A stretch of DNA of 64,000 nt from an uncultured Eubacteriales bacterium (GCA_900542425.1 UQNQ01000004.1:46856-110855); one strand, 5' to 3'; numbered from the stretch's first letter, positions 27,572 through 36,364 are shown. Numbers and translations are program-made. The notes: generated by a model not told the origin, from the sequence alone.

Positions 27572-27600
27572 TTGACAAATGTTTCGAACTGTGATATATT
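27572..27600 (+). promoter_or_regulatory. promoter of Ile T-box operon
   Basis: TTGACA, 17-nt spacer, TATATT. Confidence 0.6.
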
Positions 27601-27606
27601 CTTATT

Positions 27607-27886
27607 ATCATAATAAAAAAGCTGTGACGGAGAGGATCCGAATCTAATGCTTTCAGAGAGCCGGTGGCAGGTGAGAACCGGTGGCAGGCGATTCAAGTGG
27701 TCTATCGCTCCCGAGCTGGAATCGTGAAAATCGTGTGATGATGAAGTAGCGCTTCCCGTGATTGCTGCGTCAAGGCATGGGGCTTGTCGGAGTCCGAGAG
27801 AGGCGGTCTTTTGATCGCAATTTGAGTGGTACCGCGGATGTATTTATACACCCGTCTCAAAGAAATTGAGACGGGTGTTCCTTTTT
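27607..27886 (+). promoter_or_regulatory. T-box riboswitch leader, probable specifier AUC (Ile)
   Basis: Stem I base AGCT-GTGAC-GGAG (27620-27632) pairs with CTCC-CG-AGCT (27708-27717). AGAGAG bulge, GGTGAGAAC distal loop. ATC (27704-27706) followed by a purine lies directly 5' of the closing CTCC. The T-box is TTGAGTGGTACCGCGG (27822-27837). The terminator is ACACCCGTCTC-loop-GAGACGGGTGT followed by a T-run. Confidence 0.8.
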
Positions 27887-27963
27887 ATAAGGTGCTCGTC
27901 CGAATCTTCAAATAAAAATGCTTCTGTGTACCGGCGCACGGAGGGAAAGGTAGGAATCGGAAT

Positions 27964-30240
27964 ATGGATGCACAAACACAAACGATGTCGGGACAGCTTT
28001 TGGAGATTGCCGCGCGTATTCGGGAAATGCGGCAGGTCTCCGGTTTTACCGAGGCGGAAATGGCGGAAAAAACAGACACCAGTGTGGAGGAATACAGACG
28101 TTATGAGCTGGGAGAGCTTGATTTTCCTTTTACCTTTATCCATAAATGCGCGATCGCATTTGGAATTGCGATTGCGGATTTGTTAGAGGGAGAAAGTCCA
28201 AAGCTGTCCTCCTATATGGTAACACGAAAGGGAGAAGGACAACAAACGGCAAAGGAAGACGGTATCAGTATTCAAAATCTTGCACCTTTGTTTCGCGGCA
28301 AGCTGGCTGAACCGTATTGGGTACGTTATGATTATTCTGAGGAGTTGCAGCGCCGCCCGATTCATTTGACGACGCATTCCGGACAGGAATTTGATATTGT
28401 GCTTTCCGGTAGGCTGAAGGTGCAGGTCGGCGCCAATACGGAAATTTTAAATGAAGGCGACAGTATTTTTTACGATTCTTCCACGCCGCACGGAATGATC
28501 GCCGTAGACGGACGGGATTGTTGCTTCTGTGCCGTGGTTATCCCCGGCGAAGCGAAATCGGAGAGGGAGATCCGCGACAGCGTGGTTTCGGCACGAAGTG
28601 TGGAAAAGCTTGTGTGCAGCAAGTTTATTGAGACAGTAGAAGATGAAAACGGAACGCCGAAGGAAATCCGTTACAAAAATCCGGAACAATTTAATTTTGC
28701 TTTTGATATTGTCGATGAACTTGCGGCAAAATATCCGAATAAAACCGCTATGATACATCTTGACCGTGATAAAAACGAAAGAATTTTTACTTTTGCCGAT
28801 ATCAAACGCGCTTCTTCGCAATGTGCAAATTATTTTAAGTCGCTCGGAATTCGGAAAGGGGACCGCGTGATGCTGGTGCTAAAACGGCATTATGAGTTCT
28901 GGTTTGCTATTATCGGACTTCATAAACTCGGCGCGATTGCCATTCCCGCAACCAACCTGTTAAAGGATCATGATTATGTTTACCGTTTCAACGCCGCCGG
29001 TGTTTGTGCAATTATTTGCTCGGCAGACGGGGATATTGCGGAACAGGTAGATCTTGCTACTTCTCAGTCTCCGACGCTGAAAACAAAAATCCTTGTCGGC
29101 GGCAGGCGTGAGGGATGGTATGATTTTGACAGCAGCTATAATCTTTTCTCCGGAAAATTTGCGCGTGAAAAGGACGCACCGTGCGGTTCGGATACCATGC
29201 TGATGTTCTTTACCTCCGGTACGACGGGATATCCGAAAATAGCTGCTCACAGCTATACCTATCCGCTTGCCCATTTTGCTACGGCAAAGTATTGGCATTC
29301 GGTAGATGCCGACGGACTGCACTTTACCATTTCCGATACAGGCTGGGGGAAAGCTCTATGGGGCAAGCTTTATGGACAATGGCTATGCGAGGGCGCCGTC
29401 TTTACTTATGATTTTGACCGTTTTCATGCCGCCGATATTCTGCCGTTGTTTGCAAAATATCATATTACAACGTTCTGTGCTCCGCCGACGATGTACCGCA
29501 TGATGATTAAAGAAGATATTTCCAAATATGATTTCAGTTCTGTTAAACGCGCGACAACTGCCGGAGAAGCGCTGAATCCGGAGGTGTTTGTGCAGTTTGA
29601 AAAGGCTACGGGACTTCAGCTAATGGAGGGCTTCGGACAGACGGAAACCACGCTCACGATTGCCAACCTTACAGGAGTTGCACACAAGATCGGCGCGATG
29701 GGTAAGCCGGTTCCTCCTTATGAAATTGAGCTTCTTTCTCCGGAAGGAAAGCCAGTTGCAGACGGCGAAACAGGAGAAATCTGTATCAAAACGGAGGACG
29801 GAAAGGTTCCTTGCGGACTTTTCAAAGGCTATTGGGGCGAGCCTGAAAAGACAGCGGAGGTTTGGCACGACGGATATTATCATACAAGAGATGTCGCATG
29901 GCGCGATGAGGACGGATTTTTCTGGTATGTCGGACGGAGCGACGATGTTATCAAATCTTCCGGCTATCGGATCGGTCCGTTTGAAATCGAAAGCGTCATT
30001 ATGGAGCTTCCGTATGTATTGGAATGCGGTGTATCCGCGGCGCCGGACGAAGTGAGAGGACAGGTCGTCAAGGCGAGTGTTGTCTTGACCAAAGGAACAG
30101 AGCCTACGGAGGCGCTCAAAAAAGAAATTCAGGAATATGTGAAAGCAAAAACGGCGCCGTATAAATATCCCCGTATTGTCGTATTCAGGGATGAGCTTCC
30201 CAAAACGATCAGCGGGAAAATTATCCGCAATCAGCTGTAA
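27964..30240 (+). CDS. fusion protein: XRE HTH + cupin + AMP-forming (medium/short-chain) acyl-CoA synthetase
   Basis: 758 aa. N-terminal HTH (IREMRQVSGFTEAEMAEKTDTSVEEYRRYELGE). Cupin (HSGQEFDIVLSGRLKVQVG...GDSIFYDSSTPHGM). Then ANL motifs FFTSGTTGYPK, GFGQTET, YHTRDVAWRDEDGFFWYVGRSDDVIKSSGYRIGPFEIES, PKTISGKIIR. Confidence 0.85.
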   Translation: MDAQTQTMSGQLLEIAARIREMRQVSGFTEAEMAEKTDTSVEEYRRYELGELDFPFTFIHKCAIAFGIAIADLLEGESPKLSSYMVTRKGEGQQTAKEDGISIQNLAPLFRGKLAEPYWVRYDYSEELQRRPIHLTTHSGQEFDIVLSGRLKVQVGANTEILNEGDSIFYDSSTPHGMIAVDGRDCCFCAVVIPGEAKSEREIRDSVVSARSVEKLVCSKFIETVEDENGTPKEIRYKNPEQFNFAFDIVDELAAKYPNKTAMIHLDRDKNERIFTFADIKRASSQCANYFKSLGIRKGDRVMLVLKRHYEFWFAIIGLHKLGAIAIPATNLLKDHDYVYRFNAAGVCAIICSADGDIAEQVDLATSQSPTLKTKILVGGRREGWYDFDSSYNLFSGKFAREKDAPCGSDTMLMFFTSGTTGYPKIAAHSYTYPLAHFATAKYWHSVDADGLHFTISDTGWGKALWGKLYGQWLCEGAVFTYDFDRFHAADILPLFAKYHITTFCAPPTMYRMMIKEDISKYDFSSVKRATTAGEALNPEVFVQFEKATGLQLMEGFGQTETTLTIANLTGVAHKIGAMGKPVPPYEIELLSPEGKPVADGETGEICIKTEDGKVPCGLFKGYWGEPEKTAEVWHDGYYHTRDVAWRDEDGFFWYVGRSDDVIKSSGYRIGPFEIESVIMELPYVLECGVSAAPDEVRGQVVKASVVLTKGTEPTEALKKEIQEYVKAKTAPYKYPRIVVFRDELPKTISGKIIRNQL

Positions 30241-30929
30241 TGAGGAGAAAGGGGTGTTCTGCCTTGAATATTTCCCGTGTTACGCTGTTTGCAGGACATT
30301 ACGGCAGCGGCAAGACCAATATTGCCGTGAATTATGCCGTTTATCTTGCGGCATTGAATTATTCCGTCACCATTGCCGATCTTGATATCGTCAATCCATA
30401 TTTTCGTACCAAGGACAGTGAAAATCTGCTTACATCTCACGGCATTCGTCTGATCAGTCCCGTCTATGCAAATACCAATCTTGATCTTCCTGCGCTTCCG
30501 GCAGAAATGTACGATGTTGTCCGGGATACGGATCGTCTTGCCGTGCTGGATATCGGCGGTGACGACCGGGGTGCCTATGCCCTTGGAAGATATGCTCCTT
30601 CTATTTTGGAGGAAAACCGGTATGAGATGCTGTTTGTCGCAAATTTTTACCGTCCCTTGACAAGAAACGCAGGGGAGGCGCTTGAGGTGATGAGGGAAAT
30701 TGAATGCGCCTGCGGGATGCGGTTTACCGCGCTTGTCAACAATTCCAATCTGGGAGAAGAAACGACTGCACAGACAGTGCTCGAATCTGTTCCGGAAGCG
30801 GAGCGGCTTGCCGGTATGTGCGGCTTGCCTGTCAAAATGACGACGGTTTGCCGGAAACTTCTTCCAGAACTTTCTGACAGTATTCATCATTTATTTGCGT
30901 TGGATCTTCAAACAAAATATTATGAATAA
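30240..30929 (+). CDS. MinD/ParA/CooC-like P-loop ATPase
   Basis: 229 aa. Deviant Walker A FAGHYGSGKTNIA, and LDIGGDD. The start is uncertain: the ATG at 30240 overlaps the upstream stop, while TTG 30264 lies 9 nt after GAGGAGAAAGGGG. Confidence 0.65.
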   Translation: MRRKGCSALNISRVTLFAGHYGSGKTNIAVNYAVYLAALNYSVTIADLDIVNPYFRTKDSENLLTSHGIRLISPVYANTNLDLPALPAEMYDVVRDTDRLAVLDIGGDDRGAYALGRYAPSILEENRYEMLFVANFYRPLTRNAGEALEVMREIECACGMRFTALVNNSNLGEETTAQTVLESVPEAERLAGMCGLPVKMTTVCRKLLPELSDSIHHLFALDLQTKYYE

Positions 30930-30998
30930 ACTGCACCTTTAGATTGTTTTACGACTGCTTTGCGGCAGTGAATCTATAAAAAAGGAGATGAAAAATTC

Positions 30999-31205
30999 AT
31001 GGCAAAGCTTACATTCAAAACCGATCTTTGTAAGGGATGCGGACTGTGCGTAGATGCCTGTCCAAAGAAAATCCTTGCACTCGCAAAAGGAAAAATCAAT
31101 AAAAAAGGACACAATCCCGTTGAGGTGATTGACGAGAGCGCATGTATCGGCTGTGCTTTTTGTGCAACGATGTGTCCGGACTGCATTATCACGGTAGAAA
31201 AATAA
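30999..31205 (+). CDS. 2-oxoacid:ferredoxin oxidoreductase delta subunit (2x[4Fe-4S] ferredoxin)
   Basis: 68 aa. CKGCGLCVDACP and CIGCAFCATMCP. RBS AAAGGAG. Confidence 0.8.
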   Translation: MAKLTFKTDLCKGCGLCVDACPKKILALAKGKINKKGHNPVEVIDESACIGCAFCATMCPDCIITVEK

Positions 31206-31253
31206 AAATGACTGCGTTCCGGCTCGAATGCCGGAATGACATGGAGGGTTAGT

Positions 31254-32318
31254 ATGGCAGAAAAAGTACTTATGAAAGGGAATGAGGCGATCGCTGAGGC
31301 GGCGATTGCCGCCGGTTGCCGCCATTATTACGGCTATCCGATCACGCCTCAAACCGAAATTGCAGCTTATATGGCAAAGCGAATGCCGAAGATAGGAGGC
31401 GTTTTCCTTCAGGCGGAAAGTGAAATTGCCGCTATCAATATGGTTTACGGAACCGCTTCTGCGGGGTATCGTGTGATGACTTCTTCGTCGAGCCCCGGTA
31501 TCTCGCTTAAATCAGAAGGGCTTTCCTATATTGCAGGAAGTGATCTGCCGTCTCTTGTTGTCAATGTTCAGCGAGGCGGGCCTGGACTCGGCAGCATTCA
31601 GCCGGCACAGTCCGATTATTTTCAGGCAACTAAGGGAGGCGGTCACGGAGACTATCACATGATTGTTCTGGCGCCTGCTTCTGTACAGGAAATGGCAAGC
31701 CTGACGGTGCGCGGCTTTGATCTTGCGGATAAATATCGTATGACTTCGATGATCCTTGCCGACGGGACGATGGGTCAGATGATGGAGCCCGTTTCCTTTG
31801 AAAGCATTGAGGTGAAGAAATATGATAAGCCATGGGCATTGACTGGCACGCATGGAAAACGGGAGCATAACATTATTACATCGCTTTCTCTTGTTCCGAA
31901 GGAACTTGAAAAATGGAACTTTGATCGTTACGAGAGATACCGCCTGATTGAAGAAAATGAAGTGATGTATGAAGAATTTATGATGGAAGATGCAGAAGTC
32001 TGCATTGTTGCATTTGGTATTACTGCACGTGTATCGCAGAATGCTATCCGTATGGCACGCGAAAAAGGTATCCGTGCAGGTATGATTCGCCCGATCACGC
32101 TTTGGCCGTTTCCCAAAAAGCCTCTTGAAGCGGCTGCTGAACGTGTGAAAGCGTTTGTTTCTGTCGAGCTCTCTATGGGACAGATGATTGAGGATGTAGA
32201 GCTTGCAACGAGATGTAAAAAGCCGGTTTTGCTCTGCAATCGTGTGGGCGGTATGATTCCGTCTCCGGAGCTTGTACTCTCAAAAATCGAAGAAGCGAAC
32301 GGAGGAGAGAAAAAATGA
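31254..32318 (+). CDS. 2-oxoacid:ferredoxin oxidoreductase alpha subunit (VorB/KorA-like)
   Basis: The track ORF starts at 31236. The ATG at 31254 follows GGAGGG. MAEKVLMKGNEAIAEAAIAAGCRHYYGYPITPQTEI, QRGGPGLG, KGGGHGDY. Confidence 0.85.
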   Translation: MAEKVLMKGNEAIAEAAIAAGCRHYYGYPITPQTEIAAYMAKRMPKIGGVFLQAESEIAAINMVYGTASAGYRVMTSSSSPGISLKSEGLSYIAGSDLPSLVVNVQRGGPGLGSIQPAQSDYFQATKGGGHGDYHMIVLAPASVQEMASLTVRGFDLADKYRMTSMILADGTMGQMMEPVSFESIEVKKYDKPWALTGTHGKREHNIITSLSLVPKELEKWNFDRYERYRLIEENEVMYEEFMMEDAEVCIVAFGITARVSQNAIRMAREKGIRAGMIRPITLWPFPKKPLEAAAERVKAFVSVELSMGQMIEDVELATRCKKPVLLCNRVGGMIPSPELVLSKIEEANGGEKK

Positions 32319-33085
32319 TTGTGTTTGATAAACCGAAATCCTTAACCGACGCGCCTCTGCATTATTGCCCGGGTTGTACACACGGTATTATTCATCGATT
32401 GGTTGCGGAGGCAATTGATTCACTGGGAATCGAGGGGATTGCCGTTGGCGTGGCACCGGTAGGCTGTGCAGTATTTGCGTATAACTATTTTGCCTGCGAC
32501 ATGGTGGAAGCAGCCCACGGACGTGCGCCGGCAGTCGCAACAGGACTCAAGCGCGCGGAACCGGAAAATATTATTTTTACTTATCAGGGCGACGGAGACC
32601 TTGCTTCCATAGGAATGGCGGAAACGGTACATGCCGCCGCAAGAAATGAAAATATCACCATTATTTTCGTCAACAATGCGATTTACGGTATGACAGGCGG
32701 ACAGATGGCTCCGACTTCGCTGCCCGGTCAGGTTACGCAGACATCTCCTTATGGACGCGATACTTCGGTTTGCGGGTTTCCGGTCCGTGTTTGCGAGATG
32801 CTTTCTCAGGTGGATGGGGCAGAGTATATTGAGCGTGTTGCCGTCAACAATGTGAAAAATATCAAAAATGCAGGACGGGCAATCAAAAAAGCATTTGAAA
32901 ATCAGATAAACGGAAAAGGCTTTTCTCTCATCGAAGTGATTTCTTCGTGTCCGACCAACTGGGGAATGACACCGAAAAAAGCACTTGAATGGGTAGAAGA
33001 AAAAATGATTCCGTATTATCCGCTTGGAATTTATAAGGATCGTTCAGCAGGCATTGTATACGGAAAGGAGGGGGCCGCGAAATGA
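32315..33085 (+). CDS. 2-oxoacid:ferredoxin oxidoreductase beta subunit (TPP-binding)
   Basis: 256 aa. YCPGCTHG, GDGD...NNAIYGMTGGQ is the TPP motif. ATGA overlap with alpha. Confidence 0.9.
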   Translation: MIVFDKPKSLTDAPLHYCPGCTHGIIHRLVAEAIDSLGIEGIAVGVAPVGCAVFAYNYFACDMVEAAHGRAPAVATGLKRAEPENIIFTYQGDGDLASIGMAETVHAAARNENITIIFVNNAIYGMTGGQMAPTSLPGQVTQTSPYGRDTSVCGFPVRVCEMLSQVDGAEYIERVAVNNVKNIKNAGRAIKKAFENQINGKGFSLIEVISSCPTNWGMTPKKALEWVEEKMIPYYPLGIYKDRSAGIVYGKEGAAK

Positions 33086-33618
33086 GCACAACAGAGATTT
33101 TGATTGCAGGCTTTGGCGGACAAGGGATTTTGTTTGCCGGAAAATTTCTCGCATACAAAGGAATGCTGGAAGAAAAGCAGATCAGCTGGCTGCCGTCTTA
33201 TGGCCCCGAGATGCGCGGCGGAACGGCAAACTGCAGTGTGATTATCAGCGATACGCCGGTCGGCTCTCCGATTGTTACGACTCCGAATGTTTTGATGGTG
33301 ATGAATCTGCCGTCCTTTGATAAATATGAGAATGACGTTGTGAAAGACGGAATTATTCTTGTGGACAGCACTTTGATCGAGCGGAAAGCATCGCGGGATG
33401 ATGTCAGTGTGTTTTACATTCCCGCAACGCAGATGGCGCAGGACGCAGGTGTTCCGACTCTTGCCAATATGATTATGGTAGGTAAGCTTCTGCGGGAATG
33501 TCCTGGGATGGATTATGAAAATACAGAGGCAGCGCTTAAAAAGGTTGTTTCCGCAAAACATATGGATCTCTTTGATTTGAATCTGAAAGCGATTGACATG
33601 GGGTATCACTTTGTCTGA
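33082..33618 (+). CDS. 2-oxoacid:ferredoxin oxidoreductase gamma subunit
   Basis: 178 aa. ILIAGFGGQGILFAGKFLA, YGPEMRGG. ATGA overlap with beta. Confidence 0.85.
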   Translation: MSTTEILIAGFGGQGILFAGKFLAYKGMLEEKQISWLPSYGPEMRGGTANCSVIISDTPVGSPIVTTPNVLMVMNLPSFDKYENDVVKDGIILVDSTLIERKASRDDVSVFYIPATQMAQDAGVPTLANMIMVGKLLRECPGMDYENTEAALKKVVSAKHMDLFDLNLKAIDMGYHFV

Positions 33619-33627
33619 TTCCGTGGG

Positions 33628-33664
33628 AAATCTCTCAGGCTTTTTTGCCTGGGAGATTTTTTCT
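33628..33664 (+). terminator. rho-independent terminator of OFOR operon
   Basis: AAATCTCTCAGGC-tttttt-GCCTGGGAGATTT followed by a T-run. Confidence 0.8.
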
Positions 33665-33686
33665 TTGGAACATGCTGTCAAAGTTC

Positions 33687-33715
33687 TTGACAAACAGGGG
33701 TAACTGCGTTATAAT
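33687..33715 (+). promoter_or_regulatory. sigma-A type promoter
   Basis: TTGACA, 17-nt spacer, TATAAT. Confidence 0.6.
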
Positions 33716-33772
33716 AATCCGGATAGTAAATGAGCTTTACAAGGGGAAGGAGCGGCGGTCAGCCGGAAAACC

Positions 33773-34627
33773 ATGTTTGGAAAAAAAATCAAAGAGCTTC
33801 GTCTCGAAAAAAAGATGACACAGGCAGAGCTTGCAAAGGGAATTATTACTCGGAATATGCTCAGCCAAATTGAAAACGATGTGGCGTCTCCGTCCGTTTC
33901 GACCGCATGCGAGCTTGCAAAACGGCTGAATACACCGCTGGCTTATTTTTTTGCAGATTCCGGAACGCTTGATGATTATCGGAAAATGGATGCGATAGGT
34001 AAAATCAAACAACTGTATGCGTCAAAAGAATATGAAAAATGTCTCTCAAAGATAAAATCGCTTGGTGTATACGATGATGAAACAGAGTTCATTTTTACCA
34101 AGGCAAGTCTTGCACGCGGAATTGAGATGTATCGGGCGGGTTGTCTGGAAAGTGCTCGTTCCTATTTTCAGAGCGTGCTGTCTCATGCGGGAGAAAGTCT
34201 GTATAGTAGTTCGGAACTTGAAAATACGGCGGTACAGTATCTTGAGGCCATTTCATGGATTTATTCGGACGGGGAAACGAAAATCGAAGTTTTTGAAGAA
34301 AACGATGCGGATAGAAGGAATGTCCTTGCAGATCTTGCATATATCCAAGCGGTATCTTCGGGGAAAACGGCATTTGCATACAGCGAGGATGATTCTCCGT
34401 ATGCCAAGCATCTTGATGCACGCGCCAATATGGAAAGAGGAGATTTTCAGAGGGCGGCAAAAAAGCTGCGGGAACTGACAGCCGGTGACATAGAAGACCA
34501 ATACGCAGTCGTGAAATATTGTGCTTTGCGTGATTTAGAGATTTGTATGAGCCGAGAAGGCGATTATAAAAGTGCTTATGAATGCGCAAGTGAAAGGCTT
34601 GCTCTTTTTCATCAAATGAACAAATAA
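33773..34627 (+). CDS. XRE-family HTH regulator with C-terminal helical (TPR-like) domain
   Basis: 284 aa. IKELRLEKKMTQAELAKGIITRNMLSQIENDVASPSVSTACELAKRLN is the HTH. The remainder is helical-repeat-like. Confidence 0.7.
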   Translation: MFGKKIKELRLEKKMTQAELAKGIITRNMLSQIENDVASPSVSTACELAKRLNTPLAYFFADSGTLDDYRKMDAIGKIKQLYASKEYEKCLSKIKSLGVYDDETEFIFTKASLARGIEMYRAGCLESARSYFQSVLSHAGESLYSSSELENTAVQYLEAISWIYSDGETKIEVFEENDADRRNVLADLAYIQAVSSGKTAFAYSEDDSPYAKHLDARANMERGDFQRAAKKLRELTAGDIEDQYAVVKYCALRDLEICMSREGDYKSAYECASERLALFHQMNK

Positions 34628-34645
34628 AAGGAAATATAATAGATA

Positions 34646-36364
34646 ATGCTGAAACGATTTATTAAGTATTATAAACCTCATAGAAAACTTTTTGCACTGG
34701 ATATGATTTGCTCTTTTCTGCTTTCCGCGTGCGATCTTTTCTATCCGATGATCACAAGATCCATGCTGAATGACTACATACCGAATAAGAAGCTTCGTGT
34801 TTTAATTGTGTGGGGCGTGATTCTTCTTGTCATTTACCTGATTAAAATGGGATTTAAGTATTTTATTCAATATTACGGGCATGTTGTCGGTGTCCGTATG
34901 CAGGCAGATATGAGAAAAGAAGCTTTTGATCATCTTGAAAAGCTGCCGTTTTCCTATTTTGACAACAATAAAACGGGCTCGATTATGTCGCGTATTATCA
35001 ATGATCTTCAGGAAATTGCGGAACTTGCTCATCATGGACCGGAGGATCTTATTGTTTCCATCTTTTTGCTGATTGGTTCCTTTATTCTGATGGCAACGAT
35101 CAATCTTCCTCTGACGCTGATTATTTTTGCATGTATTCCGATTTTGGTTATTTTTGCGGCAAGAAAACGTCTGAAAATGAGTCACGCTTTCGCCGAGTCG
35201 CGCGCCGAGGTTGCGGAGGTCAACGCAACGCTGGAAAACAGCATTGCCGGCGTTCGTGTATCCAAAGCATTTGACAATGCGGCATATGAGAGTGAAAAAT
35301 TTAATCGGTTCAATAAACGGTTTGTCGGAGCAAAGTCGAAAGCATATCGTGCTATGGCGGAATTTTTCGGAGGAAACGGTTTTATTGTCGATTTTTTAAA
35401 TGTTGTGATTTTGGTGGCAGGCGGAATTTTTACATATAACGGCTATATTGATTTCGCAGATTTTGCTTCTTTTATCATTTTTGTCAACATATTTATGACC
35501 CCGATTCGGAATCTTATCAATTTTGTTGAGCAGCTTCAGGACGGTATGAGCGGTTTTGTCCGTTTTTGCGAGCTGATGGATACGCCGGTGGAAAAAGATG
35601 CGGACGATGCACGGGAACTGGAAAATGTGAAGGGAAAAATCGTATTTGATCACGTCAGATTTTCCTACGCTGAGGGAGAGAAAGAGATTCTCTCAGATAT
35701 TGACCTTGTGATAGAACCTGGCGAGACGGTGGCTCTTGTTGGACCATCAGGCGCCGGCAAGACGACGATGTGTCATATCCTGCCTCGGTTTTATGACATC
35801 ACGGGAGGAAAAATTTTGATTGACGGACAAGATATCTCGGCAGTGACGCATGCTTCTTTGCGAAGAAATATCGGAATTGTAACACAGGACGTATTTCTTT
35901 TTACCGGGACAATTTATGAAAATATTGCTTATGGCAAAGAGGGAGCCACCCGCGAGGAAGTGGAAGATGCCGCAAAGCTTGCCAATATTCATGACTTTAT
36001 TGTCTCACTGCCTGATGGATACGATACCTTTGTCGGAGAGCGCGGCGTCAAGCTGTCCGGCGGGCAGAAGCAACGTATTTCCATTGCGCGTGTGTTTTTA
36101 AAAAATCCTGCCATTCTGATTCTTGATGAGGCGACAAGCGCGCTCGACAATGCGACGGAGATTTTGATCCAAAAGTCTTTGGATTTGCTTTGCCGAGGTC
36201 GTACAACGATTGTTGTTGCCCACAGACTTTCCACTGTCAAAAATGCGGACGAGATTGTTGTGATGACGGATGAGGGAATTCAGGAGCGGGGCAGTCACTC
36301 GGCACTTCTTGAAGCCGGAGGCATTTACGCGGAACTTTATCGGTCGCAGTTTGCATCCGTATAA
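34646..36364 (+). CDS. ABC transporter, fused permease/ATPase (MsbA-type exporter)
   Basis: 572 aa. Six-TM domain, then GPSGAGKTT, LSGGQKQR, ILILDEATSALD. Confidence 0.9.
   Translation: MLKRFIKYYKPHRKLFALDMICSFLLSACDLFYPMITRSMLNDYIPNKKLRVLIVWGVILLVIYLIKMGFKYFIQYYGHVVGVRMQADMRKEAFDHLEKLPFSYFDNNKTGSIMSRIINDLQEIAELAHHGPEDLIVSIFLLIGSFILMATINLPLTLIIFACIPILVIFAARKRLKMSHAFAESRAEVAEVNATLENSIAGVRVSKAFDNAAYESEKFNRFNKRFVGAKSKAYRAMAEFFGGNGFIVDFLNVVILVAGGIFTYNGYIDFADFASFIIFVNIFMTPIRNLINFVEQLQDGMSGFVRFCELMDTPVEKDADDARELENVKGKIVFDHVRFSYAEGEKEILSDIDLVIEPGETVALVGPSGAGKTTMCHILPRFYDITGGKILIDGQDISAVTHASLRRNIGIVTQDVFLFTGTIYENIAYGKEGATREEVEDAAKLANIHDFIVSLPDGYDTFVGERGVKLSGGQKQRISIARVFLKNPAILILDEATSALDNATEILIQKSLDLLCRGRTTIVVAHRLSTVKNADEIVVMTDEGIQERGSHSALLEAGGIYAELYRSQFASV

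Noticed and set aside
30231-30890. 219-aa minus-strand ORF
   Set aside because: Antisense shadow of the P-loop ATPase gene. No RBS and no recognisable domain.
33031-33693. 220-aa minus-strand ORF
   Set aside because: Antisense shadow of the OFOR gamma-subunit gene. It would also run through the operon terminator.
33773-36364. XRE-TPR regulator plus ABC exporter as an RNPP-type peptide quorum-sensing module
   Set aside because: I found no plausible small secreted-peptide ORF adjacent to the regulator. The exporter lacks a C39 peptidase domain. The idea is unsupported by the sequence.
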